Part shown: in pieces, positions 1 to 12,665 of the stretch | How the letters are laid out: each line of letters opens with the position of its first letter | How positions within the stretch are numbered: position 1 is the stretch's first letter | Assembly (NCBI GenBank): GCA_903813345.2 | Contig: CAIIXF020000001.1 | Span: 3,162,001 to 3,226,000, forward strand | Length of the DNA: 64,000 nucleotides | Origin: Owenia fusiformis | Lineage: Eukaryota | Reading direction: 5' to 3' | The notes under the pieces: generated by a model | The model's database searches: none | The model's input: the letters and a program-made list of their open reading frames with translations, nothing else | Told to the model about the DNA's origin: nothing | Made by a program: the position numbers and the translations under genes

Positions 1-1476
1 ATATCTAAGGTTATTTAGTGTGAACAATTTTTTCCCCCAAGGTGGGGTGTTTTTGGGGGGTGGGGGGCTAACTCCTCAAAAAAAGAACTTCCTACCACTC
101 TGTGAAGCTATCACCTAGGTGGAAGTTTCATCCAAGACTCTCCCCTAACTGAAAATGCTGCCAAACCAACTATACACCATTTATTGAGAATTTTCCTCCT
201 CGCCCCTTGAGTATTATTTTATCTATGTTAATGGATATTTTGTGGTGTTTTATATCGGTCATTTCACTACCTGTTAAGTATTAATCAATAGTATCGAAGA
301 AATTGTTCAATTTTATTTATCTAATATGATTAAAATTGAACATTTAATTGAGCCTGTAAATCCTTAAAAATCACGTTTGTTTCTAAATATTGCGAACGCA
401 TCACATACTGTATACGTCTTAGATTGGTGCCTGCAATATTTCGTGCTCTTTGAAGCATAGGATTTTCGCCAATTAAATATTTATCTAGCTAATAAAGCTT
501 GTTTGGTGAATTAATCTTGGCACTACTACACTAATGTTCTGAGTATTCCTAGTGTATATGTACCTCACCTACATCGTCTGCAAAAGTGCAAGAACACCAA
601 GATGTTTCATTTCATTCTGGATCACCACAATCGTATTGGCCGAAGAGCATTTCGAGATAGGTTTAACCATGTTCCCAGATATAGATTAAATATTAAAGAC
701 ATTTTATTTGATCGAGTTTGAATATGAATAGAAACGTTGTTAATTCTACATAATAGAATAAATGCACATCACTGCAATTACTAAGTTGTTAAATTTAATA
801 GTTTAAAAATGAAAAAGCACGATTTTCTTTTTTACATAGACATGTACTCTGTATCTGTTGTTCGAGCATCACCCATCGCATTGAAGTTGACTCGTCAGAA
901 AGAGTTAGATTTTCAATTTGAAATGAGAGTTCGTCTCAAAATTGTAGATTTTCACATTTTCATCCCGACCCTGATTCAAACATGATTTGCTTTGATCACA
1001 ATGCAAAAGACGTGTTTCATATTTTGTTCCAAAGGAAAATAAATGCAATACACTGGAGACATATTTAAACATATATCGATATGGAACCCACAACTTGCAA
1101 TTTTCTTGCATGTGTATAAAATGTAAAATATACACCACCAAATAGAAAACTCATTAGCTGTTATCGTTTCATTGTCTGTTGAAAAATTATGTTGACGGAT
1201 TTTAGATAGAAGCATTGTAGAACACATACAACAACGGCCAAAAGTTCATTTTATTTCAGTTAGTTTCAGTAACATGACAACTTCCCGTTTTAACAGTTAT
1301 TTATTTTCAGTGATGTGTGACATACATAACGTTTTTTCTAGTCCTCATTTTCACACCAAGTGAACTTATTTTTTCAGCTACCCTTGCCCAGCAACTATCC
1401 TGTGACTGTATTGTTATTTGACAGCTATGTGGTGCCAAAAGAATATTTGCATCCTTCTCAATGAGAGATACTATAA

Positions 1477-1614
1477 GTTATTGAATGATTTGAAGTGCAA
1501 TACAGGATATATTCTGATCGAGAAATTCCGTATTGGAACGAGACGAAGTCGAGTGCCAATACAGAATATCGAGACAGAATATATCCTGTATTGCACTTCA
1601 AATCATTCAATAAC
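1477..1614. repeat. Hairpin with perfect 40-bp outer stem, probably part of a non-autonomous DNA element
   Basis: 1477-1516 is the exact reverse complement of 1575-1614; the inner region also pairs imperfectly. Confidence 0.75.
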
Positions 1615-3308
1615 GTTTTTATCGTGTGGTCCTCTGTATTGCTACTGAGATCGTCCCCTCCGTACCAATATTTTCTGTATTGCGACGGAGATGATTAACG
1701 GGAACAATCTCAGTAGCTTTACAGATTGGTACAGCACAAGAACTGACCGATCAGAGGTCTTCATTTTACAGATCATACGATAAAAATAATTCTTGTTCAT
1801 CATTTGTCCAATTCCTTGCCCTCGACATGTTTCTTGACTACCGTCTGTTCAATGTAAATCGATTTGCATTTTGGCGCACTTATGTCTTGCACAAGTGTAA
1901 TGCATGCGCAACCAATCAAATCATATCAATTATTGGATTTTTATCAATTTCAATCAATCAATGTCAAAAACTAGCGCCAGTGTCCTTTTAAATTTCGCGC
2001 CAAAATACACTCTAGACTTGCGATCGCAACTTACGTTTTAATTGTTTTGCGATTGCTTTGCGTCTGCGATTGCGCTCAATTGATAATATCACGCATCGCA
2101 TGCGTTACGAATTGCGATCGCAATCGCATCGCAGACGCAACGCAACTATTTGCGACCAGATGATAATGAGGCCTCAGGACGGTATGGTATCGCTTAGTGA
2201 TTTTAGGCAGTCATATTTTTACCATGTGTAATTTCTGAATTTTAATATGACATTTCTCATAAAAAATATGTTATCGTTCAATTAAATTCTCAAGGATAAT
2301 AAAAATAACAATCGAACCATTTGTTTTCAAAATCTTGAACCTATTCACCGAAAAAGGATCATTTTTGAAAGAGGTCTTAAACTTCTTCAAGGGTAGAATG
2401 GTATTGAAAGTCTAGTTTTGAAGATGACCAAAACTATATGCTGAAAACAATGGACAGCATGTGGTTTCCCTGTTGGAAATAACGTGGGATAAGTGGTTTT
2501 AACTTTATCGTATTTTGATACCCTTCCTCTTCAGAAGTTGTTAATATAATGTAGAAGAACATTATGATATATTTAAATTGAGAAAAACGACACCCTCTTT
2601 TTAGACAATAAGCCTATAACGTATTTTAAAAGTGACAAGATGGGGTACCTCGTCCATAATTTTTCATACAGTTGGATTGATATTTCATTATCACTGGGAC
2701 TTTACTTGAAGGGAAAGGATTTTAATAAAAACACAGTATTTATGGCCAGTAATTTAAATCATTGAGAAATAAAATCATGCTTTATGTAGTGATCTCATCA
2801 AACGTTTAACTTTCAACAATTCAACGAAATTATATTTTCTATTATTACCGACTAAATTCAAGTCTTCTGTCTTACCGTCGCCGTGCTTACCTGTCTATTG
2901 GCTTTTGCGCTTTACGTTGACATTAAAAATCGGTATCTAACTTTTGAAATGATATACAGTCAAGAAAATTGAATTCAATCTGGTGGATCTTGTTGTTTTA
3001 TGACTGAAGCATATCTGCAACACCATGTACCGAATAAACCCATTTCTTACATTTGAAGTCAGTGCAAACCAGGTGCAAGTAGAAATAAGCTTAATCACCT
3101 TTATGAAATATTTAAAATCTAGTCACAGTCATTTATGAGATCGACGTGTAATATTATATCTATAAATGAAGTTTAAAATAGTGTTCACTAACTTGAAAAT
3201 ATGCCTTATAAGTCGGGTAGAGTCCCTACAGACCCCATGTTATAAGATCTTCATTAGTTATTATAGAAAAACATATTATTCCTTACAGCTATTGAGAGCA
3301 CAATGTAC

Positions 3309-3419
3309 CTTCACATATACGTCCAGTATGAGTGGGTTTGCAGATGCATCTAAAGCCACTTCCTGACCGTAAACATCTCCCAGAGTTTTTACATGGGTTT
3401 GGTTGACATGGGGTTGTCG
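3309..3419 (-). CDS. Gene A exon: EGF-like 1
   Basis: TTPCQPNPCKNSGRCLRSGSGFRCICKPTHTGRICE; 111 nt; not in ORF track. Confidence 0.88.
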
Positions 3420-6400
3420 CTAAAATTTCAAATTCTAATTGAGTTGTAATAAATATATAAACAAAAAATAAATATACAGGGGAGTTCTATTGGTCCGCCA
3501 CCCTATTTGATGATATATTTTTGTTTTAATATAGCAGTATAAATGAAATGTTAGCTTAGTTTTTATCAACCTGTATTAATTGCCAGCTTTAGTTGAGCAA
3601 TTTTCTAGATTGGGTACCTTCATACAATCTCCTGGAGACCTCCCCATACCCTTTACTCACTGGGGTTTGCATCAGGGCTATTAGGTTGGCAATCATCAGG
3701 CCGTATTAGTTCAGGAATATTTTGCAAATTATGCTTATTTCTCATGGCACACCACATGTTTAAGTGAGACGCTGGTGATATATTTTATTCAAGTAAAATT
3801 GTATAATTCATGATCCATGGCTAGATAACAACCTCAAGTTTCATTTGGTATGCAAATTATGATTTTGTATCAAAATTTAAAAAATTTATAGCACTTTGAA
3901 AAAAGTGGCGTTTTTTGGCCCACCTTGTATATATATTATATAATCTTTTCTTCATACATTTTGTTTCAAATCGTTAGAGAACTTATGTTATGACCTCGTG
4001 AAATGACTCAATGTTTTGTTTTGATTAAATAACATTGGGAATTAAAACTGGGTACTAACTTTATAACATTTGAGAGTAACGTACGAATTATTAAAAAAAT
4101 GATTTTTCTATACTGCTTGAAATATGCATTGTCTTTTACTAACCTAGATTAGAAAACTCCATTACTTACATTCTGAAGCCTGGACAGCTTCACATCTGGT
4201 TTTCTCCCCATCATATTTACCAGACCGACAGGTACGTGTAGCCGAGCCGATTAAATTGAACCCATTTTCGCAGCCAAATGCTGTGCTTGACCCTTCCAGT
4301 CCTGTTCCTTCTTGGATGATCATCCCATTCTTTGGAACAGGCAAGGCCTCGCATTTGGAAACCACTATAACAGCATTACAAAGAACATTCTCACACGATA
4401 ATATGTATGGTGTATTTAAAGATTTAATTCAACAAAAAATATTTAGTTTTTCTTAATTGGTAATCATGATTTCAAAACGTATAGTCTAGTGAAACAAAGT
4501 TTGATATCTGTAACTTTTAAACCAAACCTCAAACTGTGTTACTCTTTGTTTTGATATTCACGTTCTTACTAGCATTTTAAGAAAAGGAGCTCGGTATACG
4601 ATTTTTCAATTATCATTTCAAAGTTAATACAGTATCCAAATGATGTATTCGTATTTGTGGTACAATATCTGAAACTCAAGAGATCATGACACATATTTAG
4701 TAATTAAATGTATGATATCTCACCTTCTGCAACATCAATTGTATTATCTCTTACACATTTAGATTTACCCCCATCATATTTGCCACCAACTTGACAAGTA
4801 CGACCTTTTGACCCAACTAATTTATACCCAGGCAGACAATCAAATATAAAATAGGATCCTACATATCCAGTTCCAGGAGTACTTATTAGACCATTTTTTG
4901 GAGCAGTCAATGGCCCACATTTCCAAACTAAAAAGAAAATATGTTTTTTGGAAGTGGCAATATCTTATGAAGATGCAGATTATACGGAACTATATCATCC
5001 AGTTGAGGTGATGACAGAGATATGAAGAAGCTCTTCAAATTTTACATCAAAATGTGCCCTTTTGGTACTTGTACATACATATTAGAGTGCACTTTTCTTT
5101 CATAATACATGCATTGCTACATGTTGTATTTTATTATCTGTAACATACCACATTTATTTTGTTCACATGTATTTCCTTGGGATTTTGAGCAGTCACTGTC
5201 AAGCTCACACCCTGCATCTTCTGTTGACACTTTTTTCGTTTTAGCTGGTTTTGATATCTTGTTCGAACATTTGCAATTTGAGCAGGTACCACTTTTACAA
5301 TCAGAATCTTGCGTACAAGCATCACCTTGAAAGTAACATATGTATGAATGTGGCTGCAATATAGTATGGGAGAACCTAATGCTAAATCACATGCAAAACT
5401 GGATAACAGTTACGCCAAAGCGTTGCAAATCCAATCGAACAGCAATGGCTGACTTGTTTCCAAAATCCTTCAACTTCAAGCAAAAATATTAAAGTAACAC
5501 ACATAAAAATGGCCATCATTTCAAAATGGTCGCTATAAACGCCTCTAAGTAGGCACATATAAAATTCAAACAAAGTCGCACACATGTACATGAATATGGT
5601 AGCCATTTGTCATAATGGCCGCCTACTAGCCAAAGTGTCATAACACAGTGTGCCCTATGAGTATCCAGATATCAAATACCAACAAAATCGCTCAATTACT
5701 TTTTGATTTATAATAAAAAAAAGGAAAATAACACATGTAAAAATGGCAGCCATTTTGAAATGGCCACCTTCTAGTCAAAATTTCATGAAACAGGGTACCA
5801 TGCTAATGAATACTCACATATCAAATATGAACAAAATTGCTCCATTATTATTCCATTAAGTTACAGCAAACATCGTAAAATAGTGTGTAAAGCCCGCCAT
5901 TTAAAAAATGACTGCTATGTGCTTCTTAAATATGCACATTTCTAGCTTTATTAATGTCTTATATAATATTTTTACATTTAAACATATTGTTTTTACAGTA
6001 TTTTATATTGTACCCAAATTACTGTAAAATCAGCACTGAAAACGCCGCCATTTTTTAATGAGCCATTTTGAAAATTGAATTTCGAGCAGAACCTTTACTC
6101 CCATAGGGTATATGTGTGAACAAAATCGGGCTAACGGTATTTGAGTTATTGCCCGGACAGACAGACGTAGGTACGAACGGAATCGTTCCCTGTATCCCTC
6201 CGAACAATAATAAAGCCTGATTTGCTGTAAATAACGTTTTTTCACATTTTTAATAAAAGCTGATAAAAGGTCAAAATGTTGAGTTTACCTTTAGGTTCAC
6301 ATGTTGCAATTATTTGTTTATTCCAGGATCCATTTGATCTGCATTTCAGTTTTGAAGAACCGTTTGCTATATAACATTCATTACATTTAACAACTGCTTT

Positions 6401-8585
6401 GCAATTAGGGTCATAGCAATCCACGACTACATTTCCGTTGATTGGGTTTTCTATGGGAGGACATGTTGCTGAAATTATAAAATAATACCCCATACCAATC
6501 ATTAAAATTGAGCAATTTGTGACATTTTGTTTAAATAGTGTATCAACAGGCTCATTATTCGGATGGCACATGGAAAAATCATTACAAGTGTTTGTTCATT
6601 ATTCTGTCATCGTTCTTTTAATGTTTTACTAGTTATAATAAGGTGTTTAGGTCTCAAATATCTAAATTAAAACACACAATTATTTTACATGATTACATTG
6701 TACAAAATAAAAATTCATATTAACACTGCCATCTTTATGATGAAAATAATACATACAGTATAATATATCAAAGCGTAAATTGACTTCATGTATTAACTGA
6801 CTGGAAGTTTGATCTTATGTAAATACAATTAATATTGATCAAATACTGCATTAACCCCATATTATTACCACTTTGCAGGGCCTGTTCTGGGGGTTTTAGT
6901 ACTAGTTGAGAAGGCATTTAAATTGCTATATTGACGTGAGCAATATTGTGTCGGGCGTTAATGACTTTAGTCGGGCAATAATGACATTATCCGCCCGGCT
7001 GTGTTTCCCAGGAAAAGTGATATCGTTCAGTGCGTAAGATTTTCTATTTCAAATTTGCTATTTCAGCCCTGGTCATTAACGGTGGAAATAATAGTAATAA
7101 GGTCATTTCTGCGGGCAAAATAGTGAAATATTGGACCTTGGGCCTGCGTTATTGTACTATTCTGCTTAAAATATACTTTTAAAACAAATCAATATTTGTT
7201 TATGTGTACGTTACGGCAGATATAATGCCAGGTCTTCTATTCATCTCATGTCTGACCTTTAGAATTCAGTTTCAAATAAATACAATAAAGGAAAATCCTG
7301 AAAATAAATGGTTAGTTTTATTAATAAAACTAAACTGTGTATATTGGTTAATCATACAATCATCAACTTCAACTATCCATTGCATTTTGAAGCTGATATA
7401 ACATAACAATAACAATCAAAAATAAAATACAAACAAATATCACATCAAATGTTTTGGTATAAATTGTTTGTGCGGTTTAAAGATTTCTTTTTTATCCTTT
7501 TTGCTTTTTAATTCAATTAATTATAATGAAATAAATAACAGGAAACAAACCTTCTGCCTGTCTTTTATATCGTAGATTTGATTCAGCCTGAAAGAAAATG
7601 TCATAATAAAATTCGTAATGTCATCCAAATAGGTTCATGGATAAAGATTGATTATGAATTGAGATATCCATTAAAATTATGCATTAATTGATTTTGAGCA
7701 GTTCACATACAATTAATTACCATTATCCCGAATCAAACAGTATTAATAAGATAGATTATTTGTAAATTATAACTTTATATCCATAAATAACTTTCAATGG
7801 GGAAACGTGTAAAAATTCATTATATGGTTATATCAAACGTCCATATCACACCGGAATAGCCTGACAACGGTAAAGTCAGATGCCGTTGTCACAAATGGCG
7901 GGCATAACCGTCGCTTCAACTGTTCAATCACTTAGTCCTCATTTCATTTTTATCGTCGCTAATTCTGTGCACGTATTAAGCTCTTGTGATGATGTTTCAT
8001 AAGCAATCCCAATTTCGATCAAATCGGGTCGTGAATCGCCACAATATAGCGTCTTCGATATCGTCAATGACAACGGAATCTGAATTTGAGTAATTTAGAA
8101 AGACAACGGCATATGGTAATTACAGTGTCCGTTGTCCCGTATCTCATTTCGATGGTAGAACATTATTAACTGTACAATGAGTACTAAGACACTTTGGTTG
8201 ATTGTTGTTCCAAAGAAATTTAGTCTAGGTGCTCTATTAAACATACAGTTCATGAAAATGTAATTGAAGCGACAGTTATATCCGCCATTTGTGACAACGG
8301 TATCTGACTTTACCGTTGTCAGGCTATTCGGGTGTGCATATGAATTATTTCAATGTGGGATATTGTGAATTGTTAAGCAGATGAAAAGCACTTAGGGAAA
8401 AATTAATTAATACTTTGACACTGTGGTTTAGAAAACAAAGTGCGCTAGATTAAAGAGGTGTAAACATTGAAATGATTAAGATGTACTGTACTTACACTGT
8501 ATAAAGCATAATCTCCAAAAGTGAAATTAAGCAAAAAAGTGATGAGTAACAATACAGAGTTGAAAAACGTCCATTTTAACTCCAT
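3309..8585 (-). CDS. Gene A (spliced, 7 visible coding exons): paralog of gene B; signal peptide-RYKR-sushi-Cys-rich-sushi-sushi-EGF; continuation not seen in window
   Basis: Five domain exons match gene B exons at 60597-62770 in order, size and sequence; ATG at 8585 has an upstream in-frame TAA. Confidence 0.88.
3480..3927 (-). mobile_element. Tc1/mariner-type non-autonomous element fragment; same family as 49921-50490
   Basis: Reverse complement of 49921-50345 over ~430 bp; TA-flanked CAAGGTGGGC terminus. Confidence 0.65.
4170..4364 (-). CDS. Gene A exon: sushi/CCP 3
   Basis: [11 protein letters not shown]...[29 protein letters not shown]; 195 nt. Confidence 0.9.
4724..4927 (-). CDS. Gene A exon: sushi/CCP 2
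   Basis: [12 protein letters not shown]...[30 protein letters not shown]; 204 nt. Confidence 0.9.
5149..5325 (-). CDS. Gene A exon: two CxxDxDC Cys-rich motifs
   Basis: [20 protein letters not shown]...[21 protein letters not shown]; 177 nt. Confidence 0.9.
5400..6210. mobile_element. Helentron/HINE-like element (family 1), present in gene A intron and absent from the gene B equivalent
   Basis: Head GATAACAG..ACGCCAAAGCG.AGCAAATCC, AAAATGGC-rich internal repeats, (GACA/GACG)n tail; homologous to 18412-19472. Confidence 0.65.
6289..6468 (-). CDS. Gene A exon: sushi/CCP 1 (7 Cys)
   Basis: TCPPIENPINGNV...[19 protein letters not shown]; 180 nt, phase 1-1. Confidence 0.9.
7551..7587 (-). CDS. 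Gene A 37-nt exon AESNLRYKRQAE (furin-type RxKR)
   Basis: ttttctttcag acceptor and gt donor; bridges the phase-0 signal exon to the phase-1 domain exons. Confidence 0.8.
7847..8336. mobile_element. MITE with ~72-bp TIRs, CAC...GTG termini and 5-bp TSD CATAT (Transib/RAG-like signature)
   Basis: CATAT|CACACCGGAATAGCCTGACAACGGTAAAGTCAGAT... and ...ATCTGACTTTACCGTTGTCAGGCTATTCGGGTGTG|CATAT. Confidence 0.8.
8496..8585 (-). CDS. Gene A exon: start codon and signal peptide MELKWTFFNSVLLLITFLLNFTFGDYALYS (exon acceptor probably at 8713)
   Basis: Hydrophobic core VLLLITFLLNF, gtaag donor in phase 0, upstream in-frame stop. Confidence 0.85.
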
Positions 8586-11500
8586 GTGGGATGTCTTATG
8601 TTGTCCTTAGATAATAGTTTCAAACGCGTATCCTTGGTAATATTTTAGGATCTGCTACCTTTGTTATGAACTTGTATTTATTGTTTTTAATGACCTCCTT
8701 GTGTTGTACAAATCTGAAAAAGTAAGGTGAGTATAATAGGTAAAGAATATAGTTGTTGAGTAGTAGTTGCGATAACATTATTTCATTATCTAAATTTTTA
8801 TTTTTTATATGGTGTTCCTAAATGACTGTAAAATTGGCAATAAAATGGCGACCATTTTGAAACTGGTTGCAATTTTAAAATCAGCTTTCGAACAAAACTT
8901 GTACTGACATGGGGCATATACATAGTACTATAAAATATAAACGATATTGAGCCAACGGTATTCACTGGTCAGTATCAAGCGAAGGTTATGGCCGTCGCCT
9001 TCGCATTTAAGATGGCGGACAGGAAGTGTCGATTTCGATATTTTTAAGTTATAGTTGATGCAATGCTTTGATATCTGAACTAAATCAGACTGATATGACA
9101 TGGAAACTCTGGAATGCGCCACGGTTCAACGATATTTTCCATCGCTTGGTCGCAACATTCGTTTGATATTGACCAGTGGGTATTGAATTTTTTGCCCAGA
9201 TGGACGGACGGACATCCAGGCGGAGGGATGGAACCGTTTGCTGTATCACCCCGAACTTCGTGCAATTGGATAGTTAAGTGTGTTTAATCTTTAAAATAAT
9301 AGTATACTGTTAAGGCTGGTAAGTTGACCAATTCTTATCGCAACCTTATTTGGGAAATCAATTTGAGTGTCTTTTTGGATTTCAGGACAGGGGTGTTTTT
9401 AAGAGAACGCAATCAAAGAATATGTGTATAAAGTCCTAAACTAGAAATAATGTAATACTTATTTGATTTCATCACTTATTTACAAGCAATAATTAATAAT
9501 CGGATAGTTTCGAGAGTGGTTACTGCTTATTTAGATATTGTTTTTCTTTCTCGTTCCTTATGTTTTTGATTGTTACAATCAAAAGTTATATGAAGTTGAA
9601 ATAAATCTTATGTACAGTGTACGAACCCAGTACAACATTAAGTGCATTAAGTACAACATCAATGCATGTGTCTAAGGATGACATTATTCCAGCTAAGCAT
9701 ATCGCAAAGAAAGGATAAATTACTGACATTAATAAATATTTTGAAACATCGAATTGCTAGAGAAAATTCAGTTTTGGCAAAAGCATAATTCGAAGTATGG
9801 ACAGAACATTATATAACTAGATTTTAATGTTTTTGATAATTTGGTTTGGACTATGTTGTTTCCATTGCAATCATTAACTTTGGCTATACTTCATTGCAAA
9901 ACAATATGAGTTTGTAATCATTGTTAAATTATTTGCAAAAAATCGTTATGGATGTTTTCCTATTTTACACATAACTTAAACACACAAATGGGATAGTAAT
10001 CAGTCTCTATACCAACATATTAATCTTCAATGTCAATGTTTTTATTATGCCATTAATTAAATGATCTTAGCATAATCATTGCACATTAAATCAATACAAT
10101 ATACTTTTTCCACTTTTGTTGATCTGCTATCACTTGAAACAGAGACAAAAAGTAAAATATAACTTTAAAAAGAATGTAATTAACATTAAATAATTTTGCC
10201 ACCAAGATAACTGATATCGCTATATAGTTCTACCAGGTTATCATTCTCTTCAAACACTCGAGCATTGGCAAGTGCCACTCAAAAATATTTGAAGCTCCCT
10301 CGACACACTGTATGCATCAGATAAAAGAAATAACTTTTGTTCTTGCTATTTATGTTCTGACTATGTCTAAGTCTTAGTGCCTCACTTACAAACATTATCC
10401 TATTTTGTTATATATATCTAAGTGCCGACGGGAGAGAACCAAAACTGTAAAGAAACCTATACTAGCAAGAAAATCAAACATTAAGTATCAACCTGTCGTA
10501 AGAAAATAGACTCTATGTATCCCAAACCATGATCTTTATACGTGAAAAGAAATAATGTCTAGCATCCCCTTCCTCTACACTCGAGAGCCAATACCACATT
10601 CCAGGACCAGAACACCAAGGGATATTTCATTTATACTGAAGTAGGCTAGTTACAATACATGTTGAAGAAAAAATTGAAATAATTGATAGCCAATAATACT
10701 CATAACTTCAAAAAACAGTTGAATATACTAGAATATAGTACTCTAAAAGTCTCAAATCATGTGGGATAGACGAAACCCAGTCTCGAAGTCCATAGGCAAT
10801 TCAAAGGGCATATTTAATACGAGCCTAATTTTGTTTACGTTCATAATGTATTTAATCGTTAACACAAGCAATATCACGTACGTTTCTGTATTATTTGCTT
10901 GCGTTTGTAAAACTACAGGGGCTGGTATGGGAACTAACAAGGGGGGGGGGCAAATTTCAGGTCAGAGAAAAAAGTTTTGGGGCTTAAAACCCAAAAGTTA
11001 AAAAAGGCCCAGTAATGGCCAAAAATCACTGATCTATGTCCATTATCTTTGAAGGCATTCACTATTTATTTATAAGTATATTTGGTCAAGGCAGCTTTTA
11101 ACTGCTCAAAAGAACTAGGAGAAATCAGAACTTTTTAGACAGATTTCAAAAATGATATTCCTCAAAATCATAGGATATCCTATAATTATTGATTTTGAAC
11201 ATATATCAATCGTATTCAAGGTTTTAATCTTAGTGTACACCAGGGTATAAATGTTCATGGGAAAACAAACCCTGTCGTTTCTAAAGTATGATCTTACATG
11301 AAATACCCAAGGGAGATTTTATCCGTACAACAAGTGTACAATATTTGTAAGTGTATAAGCAAGTGTACAATATATGTTGTCGAATGAATATACATAGATA
11401 TAAAAGTTATAACCAATACTCATACCATCAAAAATAGTTGTAGATAATGTATTCATACAAGATAGGGCAAGATAATTAAGATTGTTAAAACAAGGCAAGG

Positions 11501-12024
11501 AAACAAATTCAACATGGCCGCCTATCTCTATCTAATTATCCTGCCATGAGTTCCCGACCTACCATCCCAATCAATCTATCGTTTCTATAAACAGAGATCT
11601 AAAATGATCTGTTATTGCCGATACTGCCGATTCTAAACACGGTGCAAAAAAACTAACCACATGAGCACACCATGAAAGCCATCATTGTCATATTGAATGT
11701 AGTTTCTACCAGATTGGCGTTTGACAACTGAGAAATCAATCATTACGTAACGTATCATTTTAAAAAGACAAATGTGTATCAAGAATTCAATTTAATTGTT
11801 CTGAAACATGTTTCGACAATTTGAATGTTTTCACTAAACTATGGATTTAAACTTTGTGTTCACAGCTCAACATATTTAAGTAATAAAAACGATGTTTACG
11901 TTTTATTATGAATGGGACCAAATAATAAATGAATAATCTAGAAAATAATTAAACAATTATCTATAATAATTCAAATTTTCTACTAGTAAACATTTTGCAA
12001 TAATTAAGAATAATCTCTACTTAC

Positions 12025-12053
12025 CTTTGTTTGGAGTACTTCGTTTTTTCTAC
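12025..12053 (-). other. Probable 29-nt 5'UTR micro-exon of gene A
   Basis: Minus strand tttcag|GTAGAAAAAACGAAGTACTCCAAACAAAG|gtaagt; strong splice sites, no ATG. Confidence 0.5.
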
Positions 12054-12665
12054 CTGAAATGGAAAATGCGCCAGTAATATGTAACCACCATCACCAAATT
12101 GTCTTATATTGATGTGCGATATTTTACTTTCATACAGCGTGATTGTTGTTTGTTAATTTGCAAGATTTGAGATGCAGTACCACATAGAAAATGAAATGCA
12201 TCGACAATTATACTCTACCTTAAAATCCTAAATTGTAGACAATCCATATTTCAAAAAAGTGTAAAATTCAAAATGGCGTCAACATATGTAAAAAATGGCA
12301 GCCTGGAAAATCTTTAGTTTAAGGTTATTAACAGTTGACACTACAATTAATCAGTATTTATAGGAGTATATGACAAAAACTGATATTTATTAAATAATGC
12401 GTAACACTGTTGTAGCTTATATTCATATGGAGTAATTAGATCATCATGAATGTGTAATTACAATCGTTTAATTTAGTGAGACGTATGTGACTTCATTAAG
12501 GTGGTTAGTGCTTCATCAAATGTGAGATGACAATTTTTATATATTTTTTATTCTTCTTTATTCAATTTTAGTACAAACAAAATACACATGTAGTGACTGC
12601 CAAAGTTGAAAAACATTGGTGGCAGTTTGATGATGACAGTTTGAGATGACAATCAAAATATACAA

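Noticed and set aside
569-680. Cys-containing minus-strand segment with a gtgag donor (GQYDCGDPE*NETSWCSCTFADDV)
   Set aside because: In-frame TGA, no clear acceptor, no recognisable domain and no SECIS evidence.
2015-2175. GCGAT/CGCAA-rich stretch ending ...GATAATGAGGCC-TCA (Harbinger-like end)
   Set aside because: Only one terminus found, so boundaries and class are unsupported.
2891-2936. Possible terminal exon of gene A (would add DTDF-stop; good gtaag donor)
   Set aside because: Poor acceptor context (caaaagttag) and no counterpart in gene B; cannot be supported without transcripts.
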